This document shows positions 31,564-41,531 of a DNA stretch of 64,000 nt, piece by piece. Position 1 is the first letter of the stretch, and each line of letters starts with the position of its first letter. The translations under genes and the position numbers were made by a program. Below the pieces are notes generated by a model. That model did no database searches. It worked only from the letters and a program-made list of their open reading frames with translations, and was not told where the DNA came from. Location of the stretch: the IMG/VR virus record IMGVR_UViG_3300037042_002125, positions 1-64,000 of that record; one strand, written 5' to 3'.

Positions 31564-32385
31564 CTAGAATATCCTTGTACGGACGTTCTCGAAACGGTGT
31601 GCCTTGATCAAAGGGAAATAAATTGTTCGGTCAATGAAGTCATCTACTTCCAATCTTGTCGCTAGTGGATCGCCTGGGACGCGCACATGGCCGTCAATGT
31701 CGATCTCAAATCCAATGCGAACACGGTACCGGTTGAGGAACCGTACCCACATACGAATACGAGGCGGGCGTACAAACTTGACGTACCTGTTGTTCGTCAT
31801 TTTGTACATGCGAGGCATGGGGGAGGTTGTTAGCCACTTCTCAAATCCGTCTGCGACGTCAGTGTCCATTGGATATAGATCAGCCCAGGAAATGAGAGTC
31901 ATTCCGTTGTCATTGCGAACGTATTCCCGGAAGGCTTTGCGAACTTTAACGCGTTCAAACAGCTTGGCTTCGTCTGCATACTGCACCAACAAAATACGCG
32001 CGTACCTGACAGCATCTTTAAAGGCTTCGTTCTCAGACACTTCCATATTGAGATCAATAGGATCAACACCCAATGTCTCGCAATCGTTCATGAAGTTCTG
32101 GATTGTGTTAGCCCAGATTTCGTTAATAGTTCCCCAGCTCTTGACTTGTGCCTTGTAGTCCTCGCCTTGAAGCATCTCATTCCAGATAGGTCTAGCGAGT
32201 TTGCTAAACGACCTTGGGTAAGCGTCTTGAAAAGGCAAACGTGCCTGGTACTTAGCAGGCACGCCAATGAGAGTCAAATCTGTCAGTTTGTCGATCGCCG
32301 AGTCAGGTTTGTTGGTGTAGCTATACGGATCAGTACGACCAGGAACTGGTAGCAGATCCGATTTTACTAACAGTTTGATTGCCAT
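31564..32385 (-). CDS. hypothetical protein (MAIKLLV start)
   Basis: Start chosen at MAIKLLVKSD, just after the upstream stop. Confidence 0.75.
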   Translation of the reverse strand: MAIKLLVKSDLLPVPGRTDPYSYTNKPDSAIDKLTDLTLIGVPAKYQARLPFQDAYPRSFSKLARPIWNEMLQGEDYKAQVKSWGTINEIWANTIQNFMNDCETLGVDPIDLNMEVSENEAFKDAVRYARILLVQYADEAKLFERVKVRKAFREYVRNDNGMTLISWADLYPMDTDVADGFEKWLTTSPMPRMYKMTNNRYVKFVRPPRIRMWVRFLNRYRVRIGFEIDIDGHVRVPGDPLATRLEVDDFIDRTIYFPLIKAHRFENVRTRIF

Positions 32386-32392
32386 GATTGTT

Positions 32393-33070
32393 TTAGTCGT
32401 TAAATATAAATTCAATCTTGGAGGCAGAACCTCCGCCAGTTACTGACAGAACATACTTCTCATCATGAGACCATTCTTTGTATCTGTCATCATAAAGCCA
32501 ACCTGCATCTGTCAAAATTTTATCGACCCCTTTAGGGGAAGTGTGAACAATCAAATGGTTATCGCCATAACGTTCACAGTTTACGCTACTGTCTGTAAAC
32601 AAGTGTATCACGTCTTTCTTAAGACGTTTTAGATCAGCAGTGTCTGCGATAACTAACAGTTTGATTGCCTTTTGATTGTTAGATGTTTCTTCATCAAGGG
32701 CAACCAAAGATTTGCCAAATACGGTGGGTCCGGAAGTCTCTATCAAACGTGCTGTGCTCTTAATTTTGTCAAGAGCTTTCTCCGCTTGCCCTTGTGTTTT
32801 AAACGTAGCATCTGGACCTGGACCAAATTGGCCGGTCTTTCCACCTTTGTCTATACTAAAGGTGCCAAGTATCCACACGCCTTCATTGAAGTCTGGACCT
32901 ATGTATCGGATAGTATCCCCAACTCGTTTCGCCTTATGTATGTCTGCAATTGATACTTCATCTCCACTCTTCTTAGCCAATTTTAGAAGAAGGTCTACAA
33001 CTGGGCCCTTAGGAGACGCCAAAGTTTGCAGACGTGCGAGTGCTTTGATTTTGAGTGGTTGGATTGACAT
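32393..33070 (-). CDS. leader-bearing multi-module hypothetical protein
   Basis: MSIQPLKIKALARLQTLA; internal STARLIETSG and AIKLLVIAD segments. Confidence 0.75.
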   Translation of the reverse strand: MSIQPLKIKALARLQTLASPKGPVVDLLLKLAKKSGDEVSIADIHKAKRVGDTIRYIGPDFNEGVWILGTFSIDKGGKTGQFGPGPDATFKTQGQAEKALDKIKSTARLIETSGPTVFGKSLVALDEETSNNQKAIKLLVIADTADLKRLKKDVIHLFTDSSVNCERYGDNHLIVHTSPKGVDKILTDAGWLYDDRYKEWSHDEKYVLSVTGGGSASKIEFIFND

Positions 33071-33105
33071 GGCGTGTTTCCTTTGTAAGTGAGAGTTATG
33101 TTGGG

Positions 33106-33588
33106 TTAAGAGTTACTGTGACTATGTCCGAAATGTTTCTGTGCTTGGGCCAAACGTGCAATACTGGGTTCGTCTTTCAGAAGTGCGTCAAGGCCGTAAT
33201 GCCTGCGTTCTGTTGGGATATGATCTGGGTGGCACCAAACGTGCCCGTGTGTCTCCCAGTTCAACGTTGGATGAAACTGCTGGGGCACAATCCCAAGGAA
33301 ATTGTGGAACTTTAGCTTGGGTTCATCATAGGTGTAGATCGGGATTTGAGTCATCTTGCCTTTGTAGCCCAACTCTTCTTCGATCTCACGCCGAGAGGCT
33401 TGCATCGGGTCTTCACCAGGTTCGATTTTGCCACCCGCTCCGCACCATAGGTTAGGATCGACTACATCCGATGATCGGTAGACCACCAGGACGTTGCCCG
33501 TGTCAGCTGCAAATATCAGGGCACCTGCTGCCTGCACTTGCTTTCCATCTTGTCCAGCGTACTGAACATTTTTTTCTTTGATTGCCAT
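33106..33588 (-). CDS. Nudix hydrolase
   Basis: GGKIEPGEDPMQASRREIEEELG Nudix box. Confidence 0.92.
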   Translation of the reverse strand: MAIKEKNVQYAGQDGKQVQAAGALIFAADTGNVLVVYRSSDVVDPNLWCGAGGKIEPGEDPMQASRREIEEELGYKGKMTQIPIYTYDEPKLKFHNFLGIVPQQFHPTLNWETHGHVWCHPDHIPTERRHYGLDALLKDEPSIARLAQAQKHFGHSHSNS

Positions 33589-33611
33589 GATGTGGTCTAT
33601 CCTTTGTTGAT

Positions 33612-33971
33612 TCAGTATCCGTTGTAGCTAACAGTCTCAAGGGCTCCAGGGCTCAAATAAACGTGGAAAGAACCACTGTAGCGGCCAAAATTACCACCCC
33701 AGGCTCCGCTATAGGTATCAGGATACTTTGGATCGCTTTTTAGATTAAGACCTTGGGGGGGTCAACTAAAAAATCAATAATCTTTTGGCGTTCTTCGTCA
33801 CTCACTTTCTTATCCGAGAATTCCCAACGCCAGTCTGCGCCTTTTGTAGAGCGTACTCTTTTGAAGGAAATCCCTTCCCCCTTTCAAAAAGGATTCAAGA
33901 TGTTTCCCACCCAGGCTTTTCATCTTAGGGGCAGCTAAAGTTTGGAGACGTGATAGTGATTTGATTGCCAT
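33612..33971 (-). pseudogene. leader-bearing ~119-aa gene broken by two compensating homopolymer indels
   Basis: MAIKSLSRLQTLAAP...; removing one base in the G5 run (~33877-33881) and adding one in the C7 run (~33755-33761) gives one open frame to TGA 33612. Confidence 0.65.
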
Positions 33972-33996
33972 GGTTGTTCCTAAAGTTAAAACTCTA

Positions 33997-34365
33997 TTAC
34001 TTTCTGGGAAAGAAATCTATGAAACTTTTGAAGGATGGGCGGTGGTCTAAATGTAATTGCATTTTTACACCTTGTGGATCCCTCCACGCATAAGCTGACC
34101 AGGCATACTCAGGTCCTTGTCCTGCTGCTCTCCCCCTCACTGGTTTGGCATTGTGTTTAGTTTGGAGAGTTTCAAGAATGATCTGCTCTTTAGCTTTAGG
34201 TACAACTACAGTGATACAATAGTCATCATCTGTTGTGTTGGTTAGCCTGCACTTTTTAACAGAAAATCTTAGATTCTTTTTTATCCAATCTTTTGCATCC
34301 TGCTCGGTAAATAAAACCTGTGCAGCCAAACTTTGGAGACGGGCGAGGGCAAGTGTCTTGATCAT
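33997..34365 (-). CDS. leader-bearing hypothetical protein
   Basis: MIKTLALARLQSLAA. Confidence 0.75.
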   Translation of the reverse strand: MIKTLALARLQSLAAQVLFTEQDAKDWIKKNLRFSVKKCRLTNTTDDDYCITVVVPKAKEQIILETLQTKHNAKPVRGRAAGQGPEYAWSAYAWRDPQGVKMQLHLDHRPSFKSFIDFFPRK

Positions 34366-34369
34366 AAGG

Positions 34370-35059
34370 TCATCCTTTTAGTGCGTCGTACATTTTCTGG
34401 CTAACCTCTCGGTAAGCCGCTGTCATTTTGTTGGCCAAATCCTTAGCGAGATTTCTCAACTCTTCGCTATGCTTGCTAACATGCTCGACCTTCACGTAGG
34501 TCTCTGTAGCCCTACGGAAGTCATGGTGATCGTTAATTATGTCCTGGGCCAAGCCCATGAACGCTGGCTTGAGGATGGTCTCGGCAATGCTTTGCGCGAT
34601 GTATTTCCTATCCTCATCAGCCTTGATATCTGTTATCAGCTCACGTACCTGGGACACCAATGTAGCAAACTGGTATACACCCTTTTGCGCTCCGCTATCA
34701 ACAAGTTGCTGCTCTGCCGCTGGCAATACGTTAACCGTCATCTGCAACAACCGCTTCTTCAGCAAGGTGATACCACCATCGTTGTTGTTCATTTCCAGCA
34801 TATTTATGATGGTCTGGCTATGCTTGCCGAAGTTGCTCTCGATTGCCCTTTGGGTTGCCTTGTTGCTGACTACCAAGGCCGTTCCAACCGTCTTAGTCTT
34901 CAACTTCGAACTAGGTCGGATCTTTATGGCCTTGGCTTCAACATCAACGACGAGGTCTTCCTTGGCCTTACGCGCCTTTCGTTCGGCCTTCGTCTCTTTC
35001 TTGTCCAACTGACTGCGCGTAAACCCACCTGCTATGTTTGATTTTTTGTGTTTAAGCAT
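34370..35059 (-). CDS. hypothetical helical protein with basic N-terminus
   Basis: 229-aa ORF. Confidence 0.75.
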   Translation of the reverse strand: MLKHKKSNIAGGFTRSQLDKKETKAERKARKAKEDLVVDVEAKAIKIRPSSKLKTKTVGTALVVSNKATQRAIESNFGKHSQTIINMLEMNNNDGGITLLKKRLLQMTVNVLPAAEQQLVDSGAQKGVYQFATLVSQVRELITDIKADEDRKYIAQSIAETILKPAFMGLAQDIINDHHDFRRATETYVKVEHVSKHSEELRNLAKDLANKMTAAYREVSQKMYDALKG

Positions 35060-35106
35060 GACGTGATTTTTTCTTGGTGTTGTGTTTAGTGTGTATCTTA
35101 TAACCG

Positions 35107-35376
35107 TTAGCCCCCGTACTTTCTTGACCCAGTTGCTTTGATTTTTATATCTGTGAACGTACCAGTGCTTTCACTGTGTATCCTTATGTAGCCAGATTCT
35201 TTATCAAGAGCATTTACCTGAGGTTCAGCGTCGTATCCTTTTGCCTTAAGAGCAGTTGCGCCTGCTTTTAATACTTGCCAAACTATTTTCCGCATGTCTT
35301 TAGGTTCTTTACCCTTTGCAGCCGTTGTCTTGAGACGAGCCAAAGCCATTTGTGCGATTTGTTTGTTCGATTTCAT
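35107..35376 (-). CDS. leader-bearing hypothetical protein
   Basis: MKSNKQIAQMALARLKTTAA. Confidence 0.75.
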   Translation of the reverse strand: MKSNKQIAQMALARLKTTAAKGKEPKDMRKIVWQVLKAGATALKAKGYDAEPQVNALDKESGYIRIHSESTGTFTDIKIKATGSRKYGG

Positions 35377-35414
35377 GATGGTGTTACCTTTAGTGATAAT
35401 TGATGTTTGAAACC

Positions 35415-35843
35415 TCAGTCGCGACTACCTTTAAAGCCAAAATCTTCTAACATAAGGATAGCAATGTTACTCATTCTCTGGACTGTAACGTTAAAAGTTA
35501 GATCTTTGTATTTTGCATTTTCTGCGTAGGCTAGTTTCTCACTTTTATCTTTAAAAGTGGCCTTAAATGTCTTCTGACAAAATTCTTTGAGTTTGGCGGC
35601 CTCCGTTGCAGCCTCATCTCTAGACTCAGTCTTGAATGTGTGGGAGAACATACTCCCAGTAACTACCCGTAATTCCTTAACAGAAACGGCTTTTGCTATA
35701 ACAACAGACAAAGCGATGAGAGCTCTCATCCTGTCTATTTCTGTTTGCATCTGTGCAATGCTTTCTTCTAAGTCAGACTTTGCAGCCGTTGTCTTGAGAC
35801 GGGCAACTGCCATACGAGCGATTTGTTTGTTTGATTTGATCAT
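35415..35843 (-). CDS. leader-bearing hypothetical protein
   Basis: MIKSNKQIARMAVARLKTTAA; start chosen by similarity to neighbour. Confidence 0.75.
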   Translation of the reverse strand: MIKSNKQIARMAVARLKTTAAKSDLEESIAQMQTEIDRMRALIALSVVIAKAVSVKELRVVTGSMFSHTFKTESRDEAATEAAKLKEFCQKTFKATFKDKSEKLAYAENAKYKDLTFNVTVQRMSNIAILMLEDFGFKGSRD

Positions 35844-35922
35844 GATGTGTTTCCAATAGTTAAAAATTAGGAATTGGGTAGGGTCCACCTTCAATAGAAA
35901 GCAGACCCCTAAACCTGTTAGA

Positions 35923-36756
35923 TCAGGCGAACGAGTGTTGATCAATCATATCGATCAGTTGCTGGATGTATTCCGGAGCGTAACCGTATGCCTTCTTGTA
36001 GTATTGGATCTGCAGTTCGCGATCAATAACACCACCAGCGGTAACGGCCATCTTGCTGCCGAATTGCTTCTCATCTTCACCCTCGAAGGCGGCCACTTCG
36101 ACCAGTTGATCGACGCCAACCTCTTCTGGTTCACCTTCACCGTCGAACGCCAGCACAGTCATCTTGGTGTTGTCATCCGAGCGGGCGACCACGTAACCGT
36201 GCATGACTTCTTCTTGGTTTTGATCAACGTAGGCAGCGAACTCACGGCACTCACCAGGAACCTTGGCGATTTGTGCCAGAGTGGGCTGACCATGTTTCTT
36301 GGCGTGAGCCAGATGTACCAACTCGCTCAAGTCTTCTTCGCCCTTGCGTACCAGGTACTTGCCAGTCGAGCCGGCCTTGATTTGCCACATAGACTTGTCT
36401 TCGGTGTCCATCAGCAAGTTGCTTGCCATTTGCTTGTAACGACCTTCGTTGGCAGCGGTTGCCGTCTCGTCGTATTCCTTGACGTCCGACTGGTAGCGGA
36501 TGAAACCAGCCAAGGTCTTGGAACCACCGGTGCGCTCCAGGCTACGGAACGAATTGGCTACAGGGGAAGCTTGTTGGCCAAACAATTTGGCAATAGCGGC
36601 TCTCACTTCTTCCTTGATCGGTGCTGTACCACTGTAGGTGATCAGAACCTTAGCCAGCGTAGGCGTAAGGACTTCGTAGTCTTGCAGGTTGACGCTGAAG
36701 GTGTTTACTTTGGCCAGCAGAGCGTCGGTATCCCAGTTTTTGAAAGATGCGGTCAT
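35923..36756 (-). CDS. putative virion structural protein
   Basis: GC-richer codon usage suggesting high expression; context. Confidence 0.6.
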   Translation of the reverse strand: MTASFKNWDTDALLAKVNTFSVNLQDYEVLTPTLAKVLITYSGTAPIKEEVRAAIAKLFGQQASPVANSFRSLERTGGSKTLAGFIRYQSDVKEYDETATAANEGRYKQMASNLLMDTEDKSMWQIKAGSTGKYLVRKGEEDLSELVHLAHAKKHGQPTLAQIAKVPGECREFAAYVDQNQEEVMHGYVVARSDDNTKMTVLAFDGEGEPEEVGVDQLVEVAAFEGEDEKQFGSKMAVTAGGVIDRELQIQYYKKAYGYAPEYIQQLIDMIDQHSFA

Positions 36757-36831
36757 GATAATTTTCCAGTACAAAAGTTAAATGATAAATGTTGTGGGTG
36801 AGTGTTGGTCTGTCTGTGGTTTAGAAAATGT

Positions 36832-37386
36832 TTAGGTCAATACATCTTCCTCCATATCCATATCCACATCGTCTTCGAGTTCTTCATCGTCTAAGTCTTC
36901 GAGACCTGACAGTTCGCCCTCTTCATCCAAGTCGTCTAAGTCGTCCAGATAAGGATCAATTCCCTGATCTTGAACAAGCAGACGATTTATGCGTGTGTCT
37001 AAATCTCCTACTGACATACCAAGTAGCTCAGCTAGATCGTTGATCATGCCGTTCGACAGGTTAGGTTCAAATAAGAAGAGCGCCAGCATAAACAGATCAA
37101 GCGTATCCCTGTGTAGATCATGATCTTCTGGATCTTCTGGATCTTCTGGATTGAAGTCATGAAGGACCTCATCTTGATACAGCAGTTCAGAAATCTTGGC
37201 CTCAAATTCATGTGGCTCAAAACCAAGAATCCTACCCAAGTAGAAAACTTGCTCGTCTGTTGGGTCAGGGAACGCGTCGAGAAAGGAGTAGATTACCGTA
37301 TCTACATCGACGTCCTTTTCAAGGGGAGGTGGTGTAGGCAGGTTTGGATTTGCCGTACTAGGCGGCAACTTGGTTTGGGCGGACAT
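36832..37386 (-). CDS. very acidic protein with an internal two-copy helical repeat
   Basis: DPTDEQVFYLGRILG vs NLSNGMINDLAELLG; D/E-rich tail. Confidence 0.75.
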   Translation of the reverse strand: MSAQTKLPPSTANPNLPTPPPLEKDVDVDTVIYSFLDAFPDPTDEQVFYLGRILGFEPHEFEAKISELLYQDEVLHDFNPEDPEDPEDHDLHRDTLDLFMLALFLFEPNLSNGMINDLAELLGMSVGDLDTRINRLLVQDQGIDPYLDDLDDLDEEGELSGLEDLDDEELEDDVDMDMEEDVLT

Positions 37387-37453
37387 ATAGGTCTCCGGAT
37401 TGATAGTGGAACATTGGACTCGAAGTCACTATTAAATTACTGTAGGCAACGAT

Positions 37454-37819
37454 TTACCGCCAACCAGAAAATTTTGATTTGGGCGCAGTAGATACAAGCA
37501 TAGTCAGAGACCTAATAGGTGGGACATATGGTCCGCTCTTCATGTGACCATGCTTGGGCCTCTTGGCATGACACTTGTCGCAGCAAGTACCTAGGTTGGC
37601 TCGGGTCGTTGTCCCACCGTCTGCTATGCGTACCAAATGGTGAACGTCATGGAAGATATTTGCCTTAGGTTGCTCAGGTGCGCCACAGAAGATGCACTTG
37701 TGACCATCCCTTTGCTTTATGATCTTGCACAAGGCAAACCACTCAGCCTTGGAGCCGTATCCATCGCGGACTATCCGTGTAACCCCGCTTGCTCTGTGTC
37801 GGAAGAATGGTTTTGCCAT
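37454..37819 (-). CDS. HNH endonuclease
   Basis: RDGHKCIFC..VHH..GG....NL..CCDKCH. Confidence 0.88.
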   Translation of the reverse strand: MAKPFFRHRASGVTRIVRDGYGSKAEWFALCKIIKQRDGHKCIFCGAPEQPKANIFHDVHHLVRIADGGTTTRANLGTCCDKCHAKRPKHGHMKSGPYVPPIRSLTMLVSTAPKSKFSGWR

Positions 37820-37825
37820 GGCCTG

Positions 37826-38203
37826 TCACTCTTTTGATTTGAGTTTTGTCTCGGCTACTGCCTGAGATTTTTGGACTTCTGCTATATCCAAGGAACGGCG
37901 CTTGTACCTTTGGAGCATTGCCTCGTCAACCGGTGTCCAATCCTTAGGCTTGTCAGCTTTCTTCATGTCAAGCTCGAACACTTTGTCCTCAAGACGGTCA
38001 GCTTCAATCTTGGTGATCTGCTTCTGTTGGGTCAAAGCTTCTTTTTGGATGTCAGCCGCATGGGCGTACCTTGCGTCAACTGTCAAGATCGCTCCAATGA
38101 TAGTTGCGGCTGCGGCTACCGTAGCCGCAGTTGCCTTCAATGGGTTCTCTTTTATAGGAGTGGGAAGGCGCTTGTGCATTTGTGAAAAGCTTAGTACGTC
38201 CAT
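37826..38203 (-). CDS. small membrane-anchored protein
   Basis: Hydrophobic ATAATVAAAATIIGAILTV followed by coiled coil; GGAG RBS. Confidence 0.65.
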   Translation of the reverse strand: MDVLSFSQMHKRLPTPIKENPLKATAATVAAAATIIGAILTVDARYAHAADIQKEALTQQKQITKIEADRLEDKVFELDMKKADKPKDWTPVDEAMLQRYKRRSLDIAEVQKSQAVAETKLKSKE

Positions 38204-38231
38204 AGAATTCTCCTTTAGTAACTGTTTTTCT

Positions 38232-39716
38232 TTAACGGATGCCCCATCTGGCATTCCACTTACCCCAACCAGTAGCAGGACTCAACGAGATTGCCACAGC
38301 ACCAGCGGCACCACGCATTTGGTTTGTACCATTAGCCGGACCAAGATTGCCGTCACCAGCCATGTGGCCTTTGATAACAAGGTTTTGCTTGAACGGTTTG
38401 ACTTCATTGTCGATTCCTGACTGTATGCTGTCTGCCAACTGAGAGTAGAAACCAGTGCGATCAACATCCAACGATATGGCCTGGCCACTAAAGTTGAACA
38501 CCTTCTCGCCCTCCGCAAGGAACTGAGCACGGAGTGTCATTACCTCCGCAAAACGCAACCAGAACTCTCGCACACTGCCAGTAGCGTTAGTCATTGTGAA
38601 GCCTGTCATCACACCTTGGGCACCATTGAAACCATCACGGCCACGGCGTAAGTATGCAAGCAAGAGTGGTGTGGTAAACAGTAGGTCCTTGCGGTGTGCA
38701 ATGGTAGTAGCACTCTTGTTTACCAAGATCCGCATGTCGTTCACTGCGCTCATGATGGACGGGTTAACAATAAAGATGCGACCGGTTTCCCTCATTTTGC
38801 CAGCAGGGTTAACCTGGTTCCAGCCTGTCCAGACAATCGTGTAGCTCTCAAGAGCAGCAGGCATGTTCAACGGTGATTGGATTACGCCTGCGTACATATA
38901 ACCGTCAGGAGTAAGTACATTGCTATTTACAGAGACTGGTGCCACCACCATGCTGTTTTCCCTGTAGACCTCGAACGTCACATACTCATAAGGTTGATCA
39001 AAAATAACATAAACAGGGATATCATTAAAGGCAAGTTCAACAACATCTTCAACTCCTTCAGGTGTAGTGTTAGGGCCAGTGACGACCAGAGATTCAAACG
39101 AGTAATAGGTCTGCCCGTTGACGGTCAAGCCCCAACGTATTTGGTAGTTCTGCCCAGACAGAGTTGGAACCATGTCAGTGGGTGTGTTGATAACGGCGCT
39201 GCCTGTGATTTTCACATCGCTGCTAAGGTTAACACCTTCATAGGAGTGGGCAACACCTGAGCTATAGACAACACCGTCACGATCAATCAAGCACCATTGG
39301 ATGTTTCCATTGGCGTAATCGAAGGGCAAGGGAAACATGAAGGACACAGAGCCTATACCAGCCTGACCTGCTTCAAGTTCACCCACCAAATCAGAGAACG
39401 CGTCAACGTTCTTGGTCTGATAGTCAGTGGCGAGATTGGAGTTGACCACTACCGCCAATGTCTTTGTGTAGATGTGCGCCTGGTCCGTGTTGACCGTTAC
39501 GTTGATACCGTAGGATTGCAGGTCAGTACCTCCCGACACCTGCAGCTCAATTACAGGTGACGACACAGATAGGACCGTCGTCGCTATCGTGTTGGGGTCT
39601 ATCTGGGTAATGGCGCCCGCGCTGATAACTTCTCCACCGACGAATACGTCTGAGAAGTCGATCTGGACTCTCCGTGTATCCTGGGGAAATTTTACGATCA
39701 CTTTACTAGATTGCAT
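38232..39716 (-). CDS. putative virion structural (neck/adaptor-like) protein
   Basis: Ig-like beta-rich N-terminal part, helical C-terminal part; context. Confidence 0.55.
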   Translation of the reverse strand: MQSSKVIVKFPQDTRRVQIDFSDVFVGGEVISAGAITQIDPNTIATTVLSVSSPVIELQVSGGTDLQSYGINVTVNTDQAHIYTKTLAVVVNSNLATDYQTKNVDAFSDLVGELEAGQAGIGSVSFMFPLPFDYANGNIQWCLIDRDGVVYSSGVAHSYEGVNLSSDVKITGSAVINTPTDMVPTLSGQNYQIRWGLTVNGQTYYSFESLVVTGPNTTPEGVEDVVELAFNDIPVYVIFDQPYEYVTFEVYRENSMVVAPVSVNSNVLTPDGYMYAGVIQSPLNMPAALESYTIVWTGWNQVNPAGKMRETGRIFIVNPSIMSAVNDMRILVNKSATTIAHRKDLLFTTPLLLAYLRRGRDGFNGAQGVMTGFTMTNATGSVREFWLRFAEVMTLRAQFLAEGEKVFNFSGQAISLDVDRTGFYSQLADSIQSGIDNEVKPFKQNLVIKGHMAGDGNLGPANGTNQMRGAAGAVAISLSPATGWGKWNARWGIR

Positions 39717-40189
39717 TGTAATTCTTTCCAAGTTAATTCATGAAAATTAGATATTCTAGTAATATGTTTAGTTTTTGGATTTACTACCCACACCCTTAAA
39801 TCAATGCCTAAACTATCTGCAGCCTTAGCTTTCATTTTGATACGTTTGAAAGTATCGAGGTCCGTTAAACCCACAGTGTACAAGCTTTTAACCTCTATAC
39901 ATATGTCTTTATTCTTGTATTTTATTCGTATGTCTGGGTAGTATAGGCTATCCTTGTTCCGTTTTGGATTGAACCACCATATTTTAGGTTGATCTCTTTT
40001 TCTAACATAAATATTCTTGGCGGGGACTTTCAACTGATTTACTAGAACGCCTAAAACATGACCTTCGTACCCTTGATAAATAAATTCCTTACCTTGCAAA
40101 CATGCAGAATGACGTAAGTATCTACTTAACAAAAATTTATCTGCAATATCTGGATCTTGACTAGGAAAATCTACACCATAGCGACGTTG
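39698..40189 (-). pseudogene. 5'-truncated PD-(D/E)xK endonuclease-like gene
   Basis: YGV..PSQ, QGYE, YYPDI, IEVKS.YT motifs; AT-rich; no convincing start. Confidence 0.65.
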
Positions 40190-40269
40190 GCATCTTCCCA
40201 CTTCTTTTCCAGCTTAGCCTTGGTGCCTTTGCCGTCTTTGACAAGTTTGTTTATGTAGGTATTTGGCAT
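40171..40269 (-). pseudogene. 32-codon partial duplicate of the 5' end of the 42218 gene
   Basis: 40190-40269 vs 42139-42218: 69/80 nt identical by manual alignment. Confidence 0.8.
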
Positions 40270-40271
40270 GG

Positions 40272-41360
40272 TTAACCCCGATTAGCTAAGTAAACGCACA
40301 GATCAAGTCTGTCCTTCCAGGTGCTCGCTATCTTTGCCAACGTGTATTTGCCCATGTCCTTGTACCACATTTTGTATTCTCCAGTGGCATCCCCTTCTCC
40401 TTCCATGTCACGCTCCAAATTCATCATAATGCTTTCACCAATATCCTTTGTGGAACGTTTGGCTAAATCATATGATACGGCTCTTCCCATGGTTGTAACG
40501 CTTAGGATGCTGCCACTGAATTCAGATTCACCAAGACCCATGTTGCTAACAGTGAACATGGCGGCAAAAAACTCCCTCTCATAGGGCTTTAGTGCTCTAT
40601 CCTTGGCTTTAAGTGCCTTTAGAGCACCGCTTGATTTTTTGACTTCACCAAACGCAGATTTGAGAAGATTGTCAAAAGCTTCCTTTGCTTGAGCTGTTGA
40701 AGAGTCTAAATCAAGAGTTATTTTTGTTACTTTAGACGTCTTGTACGGGTTAACTGTCAGATGCAGTGTATGCGGCGTACCTCGTATGCTACGCCCTTTT
40801 GCATCTTCCTCCCTTTCAATGTACACCAAAAGATTTGTGTCCTTTGCTTTGGACATCTTTATCATCAGCAAACCCTCACGAGTAGGCTCCTTAAAAGAAT
40901 ACCCCTTAAGAGACGTGCCCAAGGATTTGAGATCCATTACAGCTAAAAGCTTGTTGGCCTTAGCCACAAGTACCTGGCCTGCTTTTTGATTCTCTTCCGC
41001 GTTTGCTTGTAGAGCCTTGGCATAGGCTTTCATGGCCTTACTTGAAGCTACTTTATCAAGTTCTTTTGGCCACTCCGGTATGCTTTTTATCTTTGCAGCC
41101 AACTTCACCAAACCCTTTGCAATACCTGTTTTGTAGGTAAAAGTTGAAGGACAGTAATCACCATCAAAATCAACTTTAATATCACCAATACTTTGCGGCA
41201 TACTATATGCCGGTAGGTCATCACCCAATATTCTGTTAGTGACCCTTTCCCCCAACTTGTACATCCACTGTGAGATTTTTATCAGAAGAGAAATGTCCTC
41301 TGCAGATATAGTAGGTTTGGCCCCTAAACTTTGCAGACGTGCGAGTGCTTTGATCATCAT
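40272..41360 (-). CDS. leader-bearing hypothetical protein
   Basis: MMIKALARLQSLGA. Confidence 0.8.
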   Translation of the reverse strand: MMIKALARLQSLGAKPTISAEDISLLIKISQWMYKLGERVTNRILGDDLPAYSMPQSIGDIKVDFDGDYCPSTFTYKTGIAKGLVKLAAKIKSIPEWPKELDKVASSKAMKAYAKALQANAEENQKAGQVLVAKANKLLAVMDLKSLGTSLKGYSFKEPTREGLLMIKMSKAKDTNLLVYIEREEDAKGRSIRGTPHTLHLTVNPYKTSKVTKITLDLDSSTAQAKEAFDNLLKSAFGEVKKSSGALKALKAKDRALKPYEREFFAAMFTVSNMGLGESEFSGSILSVTTMGRAVSYDLAKRSTKDIGESIMMNLERDMEGEGDATGEYKMWYKDMGKYTLAKIASTWKDRLDLCVYLANRG

Positions 41361-41531
41361 AGTGTTTCCTTATCAATGAACTTTTTGGGATTTGGCTTTA
41401 TAGCCTGTACGGCCTTTGAACTCTTTCTTATTCAAAAGGTCTGCCTGTTTGGCTGCGTCTTGCTTGGTGAATTTCTTGGGGTTAGATCCACCTAACCAAC
41501 ACGTTACAGTTCGAGTTGACCCGCCTGTGGT

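Noticed and set aside
34370-35059. Terminase small subunit
   Set aside because: Helical and basic, but no diagnostic motif and no large subunit nearby
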